Below the pieces are notes generated by a model. The model was not told the DNA's origin. It saw only the letters and a program-made list of their open reading frames with translations, and did no database searches. Below, in pieces: positions 63,260-64,000 of a stretch of DNA of 64,000 nucleotides. The stretch's first letter is position 1. Each line of letters opens with the position of its first letter. The stretch is taken from positions 124,001-188,000 of the forward strand of contig JAAOMT010000303.1 in assembly GCA_016748015.1 (NCBI GenBank), written 5' to 3'. Source of the stretch: Geosiphon pyriformis uo1. Taxonomy: Eukaryota > Fungi > Glomeromycota. The position numbers and the translations under genes were made by a program.

Positions 63260-64000
63260 TATTTTTTTTTATTGCAATAATAAATGAAATCCAATTACTA
63301 TTTGATACAATACAACTATTTAGAGTTTTAAATTAAACATAAATTATGTACTTGTTATATATAACCAGCCATTTGGCCAATCAAAACTATACTATGAGTT
63401 TATATTAACTATAATATCTCTAATTGTATTAAAAAAAAACAAACAACCTATTCTTAAACCAAAACTAATAATATAACTTTCTTTAATTCTTAACAACTAA
63501 ATAATATCACTTAAAATCTTAATAAAAAGACTAAAAACAGTTTTAAATAAAAAATTGTCCTTATTCAACAAATCTCTATAATTTATATTAGCTCAAAGTT
63601 TTGAATTAGGTATTTATATCTACTTTCTATAATCAACAGTTAAGCTTTAAACAAACTCAATCAACTTAGTTGTAGTAAATTCAGTGTTTTTAAACAAAGT
63701 CTTAGTTTTTACTAACCAATTTTTAAACACAATTTTCTTGAACAAAACTGTATATAAATTCATATCAAAAACACATAAAGCCAATAATTGTAGAATCATA
63801 AATGAAACTAAAATTGTATTGGTTAAAGATATCTAAAAAAAAGTACTTATTTAACAGATTTTAGTAAATAGACAAATTTAGACTACAAACAAAACTGTAA
63901 TCTGAAAACTTCATTTCTTTACAGCATATACATAACATGCTTGGATAATTACAATTATATAAGCACTTTTTGACTACTACCAGCAATCTTCTATAAAGGG
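63260..64000 (-). mobile_element. 3' end of a LINE-like ORF2 (C-terminal CCHC) with A-rich tail
   Basis: Minus strand LYRRLLVVVKKCLYNCNYPSMLCICCKEMKFSDYSFVC, a decayed form of LH.RLPVA.RK.LY...YPS.LC..C.E.E.SDH.F.C; A run at ~63262. Confidence 0.65.

Overview
Very AT-rich eukaryotic DNA, most likely fungal. The short GT-AG introns, the HDEL-ending BiP and the TE families resemble Glomeromycotina such as Geosiphon; this is inferred from recall, not from a search. About 85% of the window is decayed transposable elements with heavy C>T/G>A hypermutation. The main family is a Ty3/Gypsy LTR retrotransposon present as five full or partial copies plus a solo LTR. Reconstructed across copies, its layout is LTR(TGTTAC..GTAACA)-PBS-[AUG-less N-terminal extension-Gag-CCHC-PR-Cys-rich domain-dUTPase-dUTPase-like domain-RT-RNaseH]-STOP-A-rich spacer-[separate ATG-initiated integrase]-[~210-aa ORF3]-PPT-LTR. 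Bases 2558-31544 form a nested stack: a hAT remnant contains a + strand element, which contains two successive - strand elements, the inner of which contains a solo LTR. The recoverable 4-bp target-site duplications are centred on a CpG or its deamination product. Other repeats are two further LTR families, LINE-like ORF1/RNaseH/CCHC remnants and a second Gypsy gag-PR. A CpG-intact island (~54.75-60.25 kb) holds two convergent host genes: a 10-exon SDS22/PPP1R7 and a 2-exon KAR2/BiP. The strongest candidate for a new system is this multi-cistronic, dUTPase-carrying retrotransposon with a free-standing integrase, an extra 3' ORF and apparent CpG-centred targeting.
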